This document shows, piece after piece, positions 16,863 to 27,332 of a DNA stretch of 60,176 bases (positions are counted from its first letter, which is position 1; every line of letters starts with the position of its first letter). The DNA is from a virus. Lineage: Duplodnaviria; Caudoviricetes. The stretch is from the IMG/VR virus record IMGVR_UViG_3300030451_001785, positions 1 to 60,176 of that record; one strand, written 5' to 3'. The notes below the pieces were generated by a model. The model did no database searches, was not told the origin of the DNA, and saw only the letters and a list, made by a program, of their open reading frames with translations. Both the position numbers and the translations under genes were made by a program.

Positions 16863-19800
16863 TTAAATTGTTGTACAACCACAACAAGCTGCCGTAGCAT
16901 CAGGACCATTACATAGGTCTATTAATGTTGGTTTTCTGTAGTCGTAAATAATATATAAATAATCTCCATCGTTTACTGAAGGCATTGTAAAGCTGCCTCT
17001 ATATATGTTTGGTCCTTGTGAAACATCAGTAACCATATCAGTAGATGCTGCTATCAACTGTGCTACAGATTGAGGTGTGTTCACATATTGTGTTGTAGTA
17101 GCTAAGAATCTAAACTTATTAGTTGCCTCATCAAAAACTGCAGTATCGCCTTGCATCTTTCTAAATGCTAAAGTTTCTGTAGCACCTGTAGTTGGTATTG
17201 GTCCTGCTCCTTGATTACCTAATGTAGTTTGGTAAAAAGTAACAATAGGATTCGTACTACCTTGACCGAATGAAACTTGTGTTGATGTTAACGGAGAAAC
17301 ATAACTACCATCTACAAATCTGTGCTCATTATGAACTGTTAATCCTTGTTCATTTGCACTTGTAACACAAACCTCAACAAGTGTTATAGATTTAGCATCA
17401 GGACAAGCTACTGTAAGAGTTAACTGTTGACTACCTGTAGTTGTAATTAACAAGTCCAGAGTAGTAATATTTACATTGTTTTTATTTACAGTAATACTAC
17501 CATCTGAAGTTTGATTAGTAGCTGATACAGTTGTACCACTATAAGTAGCTGAAACATTAAAAGTTCCTGTACCTTTTCCTGCAACCCAAGAAATTAAAAC
17601 AGGACCAACATCTTGACCCATTTCAAAACAGTTTTCAAAAGGTTCTGTAGATGTTATACTAATTGTTTGAGTTATGCCACAGTTAATACAATCTTTAGGC
17701 ATAGGTATATCCTGTTGATTTGCACTTAATACAAACTCATTCATATATGGGTCGAATCCACCTAGCTTTTGTTTTTCAAATTGTAAATTAAATAAATCTC
17801 TAAACCAAGACCTCATACCTTGTGTAGATATATTGGTTAGTTGGTCATTAGCATAAGTTGTGCCGGTAAGTTTTAATGCAACCCCACGTTTTGCATCTGT
17901 AAAATATCTATCTGCTCCATATTGAGCAAAGCTTTCAGGGTTGTGGCTTATACCAAACTCTTCTACTCTAGCTATCTGAGTACCCAATACTTCAGGTACT
18001 GAAACCAAATTACTACCTGCACCTGCATCAGATAATAAATTTTTACCTGCTAAGACATAGGATATTTTATCTTCTTGTAAAGTAAGAACATCTGTTTCTC
18101 TTGCAAATAATTTTTGAATTGGTCCAAAAGATTCTTCTAATGCTTTAAAGTTTAGATTACCTGCATTGAACTCATTCAGTTTATTTACATTGGATTCATC
18201 ATTAAATATTCCACTATAGGTTATATCTGCGAATCTTCTTACTTCTTCGTAATCTTCGTTTTGTGTTGAAGTAACTCTATTTCCTAGTTTTAACTCTTTT
18301 CCTAAAAGGCTATCTCTAATCTTATAGCTTTCTGCACCATTACCAAAAGAAAAACAATTAAAGAATCCTGACCTAACTAAAGCATCTTGTGTTGATGTTT
18401 GGTTTTGTATGTCTCCTAAATGTGAACCTTTCTCTACGGATGTGCTTGTTATTGTTACGTTTGCAGGATTGGTTGGTGTTGTTGCCGGACTAATCGACAT
18501 ACTACCACACTGACCTACCACTGTTTTATTTTCGTCAGGGTCTACCTCTACGGTTTGACTAAAGCCATTTATATCAGTATAATTAAAAGATATTGGGTCA
18601 GGTTCTGCCAATGCTACTGACAAATCAAACTGACAAATATTATCAGTTGAAACTATATCAAATGTTTCTGCACCTTCAAACCAAATATCAGGTGAAGCAT
18701 CTAATGGTTCACTTTCAAAAATAAATGTGTTCTCTGCTCTAAATACTGTTATACAAAGCTTTGTACTAGACCTACCATTTTTTCTCCAAGTAGAACTTGT
18801 ACAAGATTTTGTACCTCTTGCTTGAAACAATAATTGGTTTGTAGTTGGATTTCTGTATATACCATAATAGTTTGTACCAACCGAGCAACTTAAAGCACCA
18901 CTACTTGCTAATAGTCCTTCGTATTCATTTTCAATTGGACCTCCATCACCTCCAACGCTTTGAACCCCTTGCTTTAATACTGCTTGTATATTATCTCCTT
19001 CAAACCATTCATAAAAATTATCATAGTCTTGAGAAACAGTAAGTGTTTTCTTTAATTCATAAGTTCTTCTTTCACAATTACCATCACCACCTCTATATCC
19101 ATTTCTGTTGAATTTAAATTTAAACACAACTCTTGACCCTCCCGGTAAATCATAGTCAATGTGAGTAAAGCTTGGATTGTTTGGGTCAGTTCCTTGTAGG
19201 TTAACAGGGTATGACACCACATAACCACAACCTGCATCTTTTCTAGTTCTTTTCTCACAACCAAAATCTATGATTGCATTCTCTGAAGTTTCAACTGCAA
19301 AGTTGTTTGCTTTTATTTTCATATATGTTCCGGCAGGAACAGGGATATTTTCATTAGGGTCATCTTCAGATGGTATTTCTATAAAGTCTTTTTGTTGTGC
19401 TTGTTTTTCTAATACTGTTGCAAAAACACAACCTGTTGTTGGACCACTTGAATCTGCCTTAACTATAAATCTTTGACCGTCTGTAACCTTCTGAGAGTTT
19501 TCACCTTCAAGTAAAAAATAAGATTCAGAAGAATTAGGGTCAGTAAAAAATATATTAGTATATATTGTATCGTAAGTTTCTTTATCCGGCTTACAAGCAA
19601 ACTTGTATCTTTTTGCCCACGCAGGTGCAATCTGTGTTGTTGGTATTCTTACATTCAAACTATTTTTAGTAGCCGAATCTGCACAAGAAAAATGGAATGT
19701 ATCAAACTGACTAACCAATGCAGGAGTTGTTCTATTGAACTCATCCATATATAGTATACCTATCTCATAACTTCTATTACTATGTAAGCTTCTACCGTTA

Positions 19801-21536
19801 CCTGCTTTTGAATATTCAAAGTCATTAGCATTTATTGAAAAGTATTCTGTACAGACTTGAGTAGGTGTTGCCACATCATCTGCATATTGAATTGCAGGAA
19901 ATTGAAAACTAACTTCTGTAGATGCAGGTGATGCAGTTACTTGTACTGCTTGTTCTATACCACTTATACCACTTTGAAATTTAAGAACTGTGGTAGTTCC
20001 ATCAGAAACTGTTCCCAAAAACAAAGCATTATATTGGTCTGTAAGAGTTGAGCCATTATCAGAAGTAGCCATAGGCTCAATGTTACCTCCCGGTAAACTT
20101 GTTCCTACTGCAGCTAAAAATTCATCACTGCTCACTAACTCATAAACACTATTATAATCTTGTGTAAGTTGAAATACAAAAATTGCATCTAACGGAGGTC
20201 CATTTAATCCGTTGTTTTGGTCATCAGGTAATGGTGCATCTCCTGCCCAAAATTCGTGCTCAAAACTAAAAGTAAAAGATAACTGTGCTCCTTCTACTAA
20301 ATCTAAATTATTTAAATCAAAAGTAACAACTGAATCCCCAACACTCTGTGCTGATTGAATACTGTAGTTACCTGTAGATGTAGTTCCGTCTCGTGCTTCA
20401 GGGTCAAAGGTATCTTTAACTGCTTCTAAGCTATAATCAAACCTAACAGGATTACCGTTATGGTCTATCATATCATAACCTTCTACATAGTTACCATACA
20501 TCAATCTATTACCCATAATAGTTTGACCTTGTGCATACCTAGGTACGTTATCAAACAACCTTAATATTTCTGCATCAGGTAAAATTGTAAAAATCTTACT
20601 GCTTGAAAAACTAAATGTAACCTCTTGATTATCTACATAACCTTGGTCTAACTTAGTTAGCTTCTCAATAATCTTAATAACATTAGTAGCATTGTCTTTA
20701 AAAAGTAAATCAATACCTATAACTAAAGGTCCACCTGTGTTAAATGTTATTTCTGCCGTGTTAAAAAGATTTGTAACACCTTCATTTAAATAATTATCAG
20801 GTGAAAATTCAAATAAGTTTGGAATAAAAGCTGCACTTGTAAATTGTGAAGTTGCAGAATATTCTTCGTCTGCATATTTATATCTATATCCAAAACAAAT
20901 AAATCTTTCTTCTAAAAAGTTTTCTTGACCACCTGTTCTTACCAATTTTATTTTAGGTGCTTTAGCCGGTGGTTTTTTAATAACAAGTATATCTTCATCA
21001 ATAAACCCATCAACTAATGGAGCACCACTTGGCTCATCATAGTTTCTTTTAATATTTATTTTTCTTGGTTGATTGTAGTTGTCTGTAAAAAACAACATAT
21101 CTTCAACCATATTTACACCTGTAAATAAAAACTCTTCATTGAAATTCAAGGTGGTATTTACACCATTCCCATCATTAACACTAATCAAATGATAGGTTAC
21201 TATGGTTGTATTAGTGTTGTATGAAACAACCATATCAAGTTTTCCTGTAGGACTTGATGTATAACTTTTATCGTGAATAAACCAATAGAGAGTTTCTCTT
21301 GCACCATCTTCGTATGCACCTATACATCTAGCAGAAGCTGATAGTGGTGTTCCATCAAACTCTAGGTTTGTAAGCTGAGTATTACCTAAAGAGTTTTCTA
21401 TAACTCCAATCTCTGCTTGTTCAGTAGAACCCATACGAACATTTAACGCATCAATATATTGACCGTTAGGAACAAGACGTTCATCAACCATCTTGTTCAT
21501 TTTTCCTGCCGTAAAGTTCCTTGTTAAATTTGCCAT
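16863..21536 (-). CDS. Tail stabilisation/muzzle-type protein
   Basis: 1557 aa; N-terminus NFTAGKMNKMVDERLVPNGQYIDALNVR and FFTDNYNQPRKIN, typical of this podoviral/crAss-like family. Confidence 0.75.
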   Translation of the reverse strand: MANLTRNFTAGKMNKMVDERLVPNGQYIDALNVRMGSTEQAEIGVIENSLGNTQLTNLEFDGTPLSASARCIGAYEDGARETLYWFIHDKSYTSSPTGKLDMVVSYNTNTTIVTYHLISVNDGNGVNTTLNFNEEFLFTGVNMVEDMLFFTDNYNQPRKINIKRNYDEPSGAPLVDGFIDEDILVIKKPPAKAPKIKLVRTGGQENFLEERFICFGYRYKYADEEYSATSQFTSAAFIPNLFEFSPDNYLNEGVTNLFNTAEITFNTGGPLVIGIDLLFKDNATNVIKIIEKLTKLDQGYVDNQEVTFSFSSSKIFTILPDAEILRLFDNVPRYAQGQTIMGNRLMYGNYVEGYDMIDHNGNPVRFDYSLEAVKDTFDPEARDGTTSTGNYSIQSAQSVGDSVVTFDLNNLDLVEGAQLSFTFSFEHEFWAGDAPLPDDQNNGLNGPPLDAIFVFQLTQDYNSVYELVSSDEFLAAVGTSLPGGNIEPMATSDNGSTLTDQYNALFLGTVSDGTTTVLKFQSGISGIEQAVQVTASPASTEVSFQFPAIQYADDVATPTQVCTEYFSINANDFEYSKAGNGRSLHSNRSYEIGILYMDEFNRTTPALVSQFDTFHFSCADSATKNSLNVRIPTTQIAPAWAKRYKFACKPDKETYDTIYTNIFFTDPNSSESYFLLEGENSQKVTDGQRFIVKADSSGPTTGCVFATVLEKQAQQKDFIEIPSEDDPNENIPVPAGTYMKIKANNFAVETSENAIIDFGCEKRTRKDAGCGYVVSYPVNLQGTDPNNPSFTHIDYDLPGGSRVVFKFKFNRNGYRGGDGNCERRTYELKKTLTVSQDYDNFYEWFEGDNIQAVLKQGVQSVGGDGGPIENEYEGLLASSGALSCSVGTNYYGIYRNPTTNQLLFQARGTKSCTSSTWRKNGRSSTKLCITVFRAENTFIFESEPLDASPDIWFEGAETFDIVSTDNICQFDLSVALAEPDPISFNYTDINGFSQTVEVDPDENKTVVGQCGSMSISPATTPTNPANVTITSTSVEKGSHLGDIQNQTSTQDALVRSGFFNCFSFGNGAESYKIRDSLLGKELKLGNRVTSTQNEDYEEVRRFADITYSGIFNDESNVNKLNEFNAGNLNFKALEESFGPIQKLFARETDVLTLQEDKISYVLAGKNLLSDAGAGSNLVSVPEVLGTQIARVEEFGISHNPESFAQYGADRYFTDAKRGVALKLTGTTYANDQLTNISTQGMRSWFRDLFNLQFEKQKLGGFDPYMNEFVLSANQQDIPMPKDCINCGITQTISITSTEPFENCFEMGQDVGPVLISWVAGKGTGTFNVSATYSGTTVSATNQTSDGSITVNKNNVNITTLDLLITTTGSQQLTLTVACPDAKSITLVEVCVTSANEQGLTVHNEHRFVDGSYVSPLTSTQVSFGQGSTNPIVTFYQTTLGNQGAGPIPTTGATETLAFRKMQGDTAVFDEATNKFRFLATTTQYVNTPQSVAQLIAASTDMVTDVSQGPNIYRGSFTMPSVNDGDYLYIIYDYRKPTLIDLCNGPDATAACCGCTTI

Positions 21537-21537
21537 A

Positions 21538-22461
21538 TTATTTCAACCACTTATCTCTTCCCCTAAGATTCATTAATAGTCTTCCGGGGTGTATATTACT
21601 AATTCTAATTTTTGCATTTCTAAGTAGTGCTTGTTTACGCTTTCTTGCTCTTGCAACCACATACTCTTGAACTCTTAATTTTGAATTAAGAATTGCATAT
21701 TCAATCGCAGCATATATATATTCTTCAAACAGTTTGTTTACTGTAACTAAACTATCATCACCGTTTTCCATACCATCAGATACATACTCTAAGATGATTA
21801 GTTCGTTTGCTACTCCTGAACTAAAATTAATTACACCACCTTTGGGGTCAATTTTAAAAGTGGGATTTGCATTTGCAGTTTCAGTATTTAGTCCATACCT
21901 TGCTCCAATGCCGTACTCAAAATACCATTCACCATCACAACAGTAACCTGCTCTACCATACATCTCTGAGTTTTGATTCAAATAGATAGATTGTTTTCCA
22001 CCTCTAATTCTTTCGTAATCAATTGTAGAATCCTGTGGTCTTAAAGCATTACCATCAATATCAAATAATATTCTACACTCATTATCTTGCAAATAAGCTG
22101 ATGACCAATTAGTTTGAATATTTTCTGTAAGTGGTCTAAGCAATCCATCTTTATACATAGACACTCTAATCCAATTTACATAATCGTCAGGTAATACATA
22201 TCTTAGTGTATCACATACCGTGAGTTCTAAAATTTTAGTTTCTTTAAATGCATCATAGTTAAGTTCTTGTATTGCTCTTTTAGCGTGAAATAAAATCTTA
22301 TATCTTGGCTCATTGTTAATTAAACTATGATTACCATAGTACATAAGCATAAAGTTATTTACTATATCTTCTAAAGAGACATATTGATAAGAACCCCAAT
22401 TGGCATTGTTAGGTGCGTTACCACCATTTTCATAATATTGATATTGTGTTATATATGCCAT
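21538..22461 (-). CDS. Putative tail ring/adaptor protein
   Basis: 307 aa with an LPDDYVNW motif, between adaptor and stabilisation genes. Confidence 0.6.
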   Translation of the reverse strand: MAYITQYQYYENGGNAPNNANWGSYQYVSLEDIVNNFMLMYYGNHSLINNEPRYKILFHAKRAIQELNYDAFKETKILELTVCDTLRYVLPDDYVNWIRVSMYKDGLLRPLTENIQTNWSSAYLQDNECRILFDIDGNALRPQDSTIDYERIRGGKQSIYLNQNSEMYGRAGYCCDGEWYFEYGIGARYGLNTETANANPTFKIDPKGGVINFSSGVANELIILEYVSDGMENGDDSLVTVNKLFEEYIYAAIEYAILNSKLRVQEYVVARARKRKQALLRNAKIRISNIHPGRLLMNLRGRDKWLK

Positions 22462-22463
22462 AA

Positions 22464-23429
22464 TTATTTCTCTTCTTGGTTATTTTGTTGGTCCTCTGCA
22501 GCAGCAAACTGAACTGCTTCAATTTCTCTTATGGACATTCCTGCATATTGAAGTATCTTATTAATTAAGTTTACTTCGTCATCATTAGGTAATTCAAAGT
22601 CCTGATAATCAGGTTGAGATGGGTCAAATGATGGCTCTCCATTTGTAAGTGTAACGAATGTCCATTTAGGTACAAATGGGAATCTTATATATTGAGATAC
22701 TACTTGACCATATCCATCAATTGATTCAGGATACATTTCAACTTCTAATGCTTCTTGTGTATAAGCAGGAAACATTAAGTTAGGTGCAGTAAGTATAGAA
22801 TTGTTTAACATAGTAATTTTACTATGAGTTACTTTCTCTGCTTCCTTGAATGTATCTTTTTTGTATATATAATATATATTACCTGCAGAAGTAAATAAAT
22901 TGGTATTGACTACCATAGTAGTTGCAGTTATTGCTCCCACAACTCTAAATAAATAAGTTATATTATTAATCTCAACACCAACTGCATCACCTTTTTGAAT
23001 ACCTGCAGCAATAAAATCTGCAGTATTATCTTCCAATACATTATTAGTGATTGCAAAACCTGTTGTAACCCCTTCAGCTAATTTCTTGTTGTATACTAAG
23101 TTTTTGTTTATTAAGTAGTAATCATCATTAGTTGTAATCTGTGACGGTAAGAAATACATAGGATTACCAACACCTCCAGACTTAGCTAAAGGCTTTGTTA
23201 CAGAAAACGTATCAATAACCTCCTCAATGCCTTTTGTAATATCGGCATACCCTGTACCTGATGCTCTCGCATTTTCTTTATTTAGTTGGTAATTGTACTG
23301 ATAAAAATAATTCTCAAAGATGTCTAACTGTGCTTGTTTAGCAAATAAGTTAAAATCAGATGGAGAAATGTAACCGTAATTATTTTTATTCAGAGTTGAC
23401 ATTACCGTCTGTCTAACTGAATTAATCAT
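22464..23429 (-). CDS. Putative head-tail adaptor/ring protein
   Basis: 321 aa; LNKNNYGYISPSDFNLFAKQAQ N-terminus and DFELP...LINKILQYAG C-terminus; position after the capsid genes. Confidence 0.6.
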   Translation of the reverse strand: MINSVRQTVMSTLNKNNYGYISPSDFNLFAKQAQLDIFENYFYQYNYQLNKENARASGTGYADITKGIEEVIDTFSVTKPLAKSGGVGNPMYFLPSQITTNDDYYLINKNLVYNKKLAEGVTTGFAITNNVLEDNTADFIAAGIQKGDAVGVEINNITYLFRVVGAITATTMVVNTNLFTSAGNIYYIYKKDTFKEAEKVTHSKITMLNNSILTAPNLMFPAYTQEALEVEMYPESIDGYGQVVSQYIRFPFVPKWTFVTLTNGEPSFDPSQPDYQDFELPNDDEVNLINKILQYAGMSIREIEAVQFAAAEDQQNNQEEK

Positions 23430-23444
23430 CTGTTTTCTTTTCTA

Positions 23445-23452
23445 CAAAGATA
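23445..23452 (-). promoter_or_regulatory. Bacteroidetes-type -7 promoter element
   Basis: TATCTTTG on the minus strand upstream of 23429. Confidence 0.55.
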
Positions 23453-23455
23453 ATG

Positions 23456-23492
23456 AAAAAAAAAGACCCCTTCATTTTTGAAGAGGTCTCTT
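23456..23492 (-). terminator. Intrinsic terminator
   Basis: Minus strand AGACCTCTTCA-AAAA-TGAAGGGGTCT followed by a T-tract. Confidence 0.75.
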
Positions 23493-23515
23493 AAAAGTAG
23501 GCTAGTTAGACTGAA

Positions 23516-23797
23516 TTATAGTCCTGTAGTCATAGTTAATGAAGTAACTGTCATACCTGCTAGGTCAACTATTGAAGTTGTTTTCATCCAATTAGTTTCA
23601 CCTGCAACTTGTAAAGCCTTGTTTACATTTTCTACGAATCCACTTGTGAGGTCAGTTCCTACAACTGCAATGTGAGCCTCAACTCCTTTGAGGTATATTT
23701 TTGCTGCAGTTGAACTTCCTGATTCTGCGTATAGAATCCCATCTGCTGCTAATAATTCTACACCATCAGCAGTAGTAATTTGTATGTACTTTAACAT
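23516..23797 (-). CDS. Hypothetical (possibly virion) protein
   Basis: 93 aa with its own TATCTTTG element (23857..23864) and terminator. Confidence 0.6.
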   Translation of the reverse strand: MLKYIQITTADGVELLAADGILYAESGSSTAAKIYLKGVEAHIAVVGTDLTSGFVENVNKALQVAGETNWMKTTSIVDLAGMTVTSLTMTTGL

Positions 23798-23868
23798 AAT
23801 AAAAAAAATTTAAGGTTAGTAAAAAAACCTACACCTTCGTGGTGTAAGCACTAGCACAAAGATACAAA

Positions 23869-24618
23869 TTAATCTAATAAAGATTCTAAGTGTTTTAGCA
23901 CCTCAATACCTTCATCACTTCTTAAATATGATACCACTAAATCATTACCGTCTGAACCAAAAGGAACATTAAGCATTTTTGTTTTATTGGTTTTGGTATT
24001 GTACCAAACTTCTTTATTACTCTTTCTATATGTAAGTAATCCTTCTTCAAAGAATCTAGCAACCTTACCTTGTATTTGTAAATCAGGGTCTGATATTACT
24101 TCTAAAAATTCTTGAGGATTATTTTTTGCATAAACTAAAACATCTCTTTTTAGTTCTGCAGTAGACATATTAGATACATTGTTACCAAATAAAACTCTAC
24201 ATACAGTTTCAAGTTGGTCAAGCTTTAAAGATTTAGCTTCTACTAAAGCATCTGCTTCTAGCATTATATCTTGAACTTCATCCTTAGCTTCTTCAGCTTT
24301 GTTTATTTCAATAAATATTTTACCATTTAAAGGATGATAGTGTAAGAACTTTTGTAAAATCTGATTTGTTTTATCTACATATAAAAAACCATCTTCAAAG
24401 ATTACAGGTGATAATAAAACATTTTCATCTTGTTCATCTCTGTAAATACTTTTTTGATTAGCAGAATATCTAAGTTCTCTGTTGATTCCTTTTTCCTCAT
24501 CAAACCACATTAATGGAAATCTCTTTGTGTGTCTGATTGGCAGCATAAAAGATAAAGGTGCTGCTTCCTTTGTTAGTTTGTAGGTCTTAGCTACAAATAC
24601 ATTTTTATTCTTTTTCAT
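23869..24618 (-). CDS. Hypothetical protein downstream of capsid gene
   Basis: 249-aa ORF with an AT-rich initiation region. Confidence 0.7.
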   Translation of the reverse strand: MKKNKNVFVAKTYKLTKEAAPLSFMLPIRHTKRFPLMWFDEEKGINRELRYSANQKSIYRDEQDENVLLSPVIFEDGFLYVDKTNQILQKFLHYHPLNGKIFIEINKAEEAKDEVQDIMLEADALVEAKSLKLDQLETVCRVLFGNNVSNMSTAELKRDVLVYAKNNPQEFLEVISDPDLQIQGKVARFFEEGLLTYRKSNKEVWYNTKTNKTKMLNVPFGSDGNDLVVSYLRSDEGIEVLKHLESLLD

Positions 24619-24650
24619 TTTATTTAAAATTTAATTAAAGTTATTAAGTA

Positions 24651-24683
24651 ATAAAAGGGAGTGTCTTTGAAGACACTCCCCTA
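24651..24683 (-). terminator. Terminator-like hairpin after the major capsid gene, built on the 16-bp palindrome (core 24661..24676)
   Basis: Minus strand AGGGGAGTGTCT-TCAA-AGACACTCCCTTTTAT. Confidence 0.75.
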
Positions 24684-24695
24684 TTATTAATCTTC

Positions 24696-26129
24696 TTATG
24701 CGTTGAATAAGAAGAAGTTGTTTGCTCCAAGAACACATACTGCTCTTTCAGAAAGGAAGTTAACCTCCATAGCATCTAAGCTAGAAGTTCTTGCTCCTCC
24801 TGCAGAACCTGTAATCCAAGTCTTGTAACGTCTGTCTTCAGTTTCTGAAGCTCTATATCTAACGTGCAAGAAAGGTCTTTTAGCATTCTTACCTAAGATT
24901 TGGTCATAAACAGATGTAGAACCTGCAGGAACTAATAGTCCACTTACTTTTCCACTACCTGCTACACTTGGTAAATCACCTCTCATAGTAGGGTCATTCA
25001 AGTATTTCCAATCAGACTTATAGAAGTCGTAACCTCTTCTAAATCCTGTGAATCCTAAATTAAGAGCCATCTCTTTCTCGTTGTCAAACAATCCGTAAGA
25101 TACTCCACCTGCAGCATTAGAAGATTGCTGAGATAACATATCGTCAATGTCAAAAGAGTAATCTCTATCAACAAATACAACATTCTCTTCAATCGCACCT
25201 TGCTTGTCAAGTCTTGAAATGATAGTATCCCACTCTGCTAAAGTAGTTGGGTTACCACCACCGTATACATTACCTCTTTGTCCAACTTCGTAGAAGATAC
25301 CTTTTGAACCTTTGTTACCAACAGGGGAAGTAGCTGCTACTGCTGCTACACCACCACCTGCTTCAGCAGGTACTGCTTCTATCATTGCAGTCTCCAAGTA
25401 ATCATCAAATCTAAGTCTAGTTTCGTGCTCAGACTTTAGATACCATAAGTATCCTGATGCTCCATTCTCAGTTGTAACTTCAATCCAACCAATTTGAGCC
25501 ATATCTGAACCTGATACTTCATACTTATCTTTTAAGATAATTGGAGAATTATCAAAAATGAAGTCGTCAGACTCAAGAGAGTTTGACATTCCTAAAGTTC
25601 CTTTTTTAAATTCAGAACCATAAATCCAAACAGAGAATATTTTCCCTGCTCCTGCTACAGGAATACCTGCTGCAGGATAAAATGCAACATCAAAAGTTTT
25701 GTTAGCGTAATCAACATCAGTTACGATTCCTTTTACAGAACCACCACCTGCGTTGTCACTAATAAATACAGTTTGTCCAATTCTAATAGCAATACTATTA
25801 GATGCACCAAACGCAGGGTTACCTGCATCGTTAACTGTAAATACTGCATCATCTGCATTGATTAATGCAGGAGTTGTTACATTAACATACTTTGTGTGTA
25901 ATCTACCTTGCTCTGCCCATTTAATAAGGTCAGAGTTTGAAGGCATTTCTGCTCCTACCATTCTTAGGAAGGAACTAATCGTTCTATTACCATATCTTTC
26001 AAATTCCTTTTCATAAGTATCAGGTAGATACTGATTCAAGAAATCGAAATTAGTAATATAGTTTGATTCCAACGGCACTCGTTGTGCACTTGGTTGTAAA
26101 TCAAAACCGGGTACTGCTTGTACGGGCAT
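24696..26129 (-). CDS. Major capsid protein
   Basis: 477 aa after portal and scaffold, followed by a terminator; assignment from synteny and composition. Confidence 0.8.
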   Translation of the reverse strand: MPVQAVPGFDLQPSAQRVPLESNYITNFDFLNQYLPDTYEKEFERYGNRTISSFLRMVGAEMPSNSDLIKWAEQGRLHTKYVNVTTPALINADDAVFTVNDAGNPAFGASNSIAIRIGQTVFISDNAGGGSVKGIVTDVDYANKTFDVAFYPAAGIPVAGAGKIFSVWIYGSEFKKGTLGMSNSLESDDFIFDNSPIILKDKYEVSGSDMAQIGWIEVTTENGASGYLWYLKSEHETRLRFDDYLETAMIEAVPAEAGGGVAAVAATSPVGNKGSKGIFYEVGQRGNVYGGGNPTTLAEWDTIISRLDKQGAIEENVVFVDRDYSFDIDDMLSQQSSNAAGGVSYGLFDNEKEMALNLGFTGFRRGYDFYKSDWKYLNDPTMRGDLPSVAGSGKVSGLLVPAGSTSVYDQILGKNAKRPFLHVRYRASETEDRRYKTWITGSAGGARTSSLDAMEVNFLSERAVCVLGANNFFLFNA

Positions 26130-26157
26130 AATTTCTAATTTTTAAGTTATTAAACAT

Positions 26158-27273
26158 TTATTTTCTACGTCTAATCTTTAAACCTCGACCTGAGTCAGGA
26201 CTTAAAGATTTGATTTGCACACCTGATTTAGTGTTTGTTACTTCAGGAGCAGAACGAGTAGTCATATTTATATTTTTCAACTTCTTCATTTGCTCATCTG
26301 CAGCAGCACTTTTGCCTTGCTCATAAAAGAACTTAGCAAACTTTTCAGGATGCATTGCCATCGCTAGTGACCTATGGTAACCTGTTGCATCTTCCATAAG
26401 ACCGTCTTTATCTAAAAACTTTCTAATAAAGTTTGTAGGGTCTAACTGTGTCTTTTTCAATTCATCAGCATCACCGGGTGAAAAATAAACTTTGTTATCG
26501 TCTAATGTAAACTCAAAACCTTTGAACTCACTGCCAAAAACATTGTTAGTCTTTTCTGTGAACACCTCACCCTTACGGGTATTTTGTTCTTGAACTGTCT
26601 TCGCTTCAGCTACATATCGCTTATAAGCTTTGTATTCTTCTGATTCTTCCGGAGCAGCTTCCCTTCTCGACTCAAGAGGTACACTGTATTGCTCTTTCTG
26701 TTGCTCAAAATAATCTTTGGCTTTTGCAATAGTCTTTTTTTTCTTTAACTTGATTTTCTTTACTTCCTTTTCATCATCGACTTCTTCATCAAAAAAGTAA
26801 TCATCCATCAAGTCTTCAATATCATCTGCATCCAAACCTTTTTCGGTTGCAGTTAGATATTCTTTTAAAAGTTGGTCAGGATTCATTTCATCGTAATCTC
26901 TATTTAATTTTACGAAGTCATCAAATCCACGACCTGTTTCTTTTTTATACTTTAGATACTTTGAGACATCTTCAGGTAGAGGTTCATCCTCTCTCTGTTG
27001 ATTTAACTCATCAAGAGATTTATACTCTTTTCCGTATCTATCACCAATAAATTTAAGAACGTCTTCCTCTTTTAACTCAGAGGATTGAGTTTCAATTTTT
27101 TCTTCAACCTTTGGCTCTTCAGCTTTTGGTTCTTCTTCTTTTACCTCTGCAACTTCTTGCGTTGGTTTTTCTTCATTTAATGATTGCTCGTGTTTGTCAA
27201 GCAATTCTTGTTCCTTTTCTGCTACAGATTTTTCTTCACCTGTAACATCTACGGCTTTTACTTTTATTTCCAT
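26158..27273 (-). CDS. Putative capsid scaffolding protein
   Basis: Highly acidic and charged with a basic C-terminus, between portal and capsid; TAACTTTG element at 27297..27304. Confidence 0.7.
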   Translation of the reverse strand: MEIKVKAVDVTGEEKSVAEKEQELLDKHEQSLNEEKPTQEVAEVKEEEPKAEEPKVEEKIETQSSELKEEDVLKFIGDRYGKEYKSLDELNQQREDEPLPEDVSKYLKYKKETGRGFDDFVKLNRDYDEMNPDQLLKEYLTATEKGLDADDIEDLMDDYFFDEEVDDEKEVKKIKLKKKKTIAKAKDYFEQQKEQYSVPLESRREAAPEESEEYKAYKRYVAEAKTVQEQNTRKGEVFTEKTNNVFGSEFKGFEFTLDDNKVYFSPGDADELKKTQLDPTNFIRKFLDKDGLMEDATGYHRSLAMAMHPEKFAKFFYEQGKSAAADEQMKKLKNINMTTRSAPEVTNTKSGVQIKSLSPDSGRGLKIRRRK

Positions 27274-27332
27274 ATTTTATTTAATTTAATTTTTTACAAA
27301 GTTACACAAAAATTCTTTGTGATTTAGACGGT

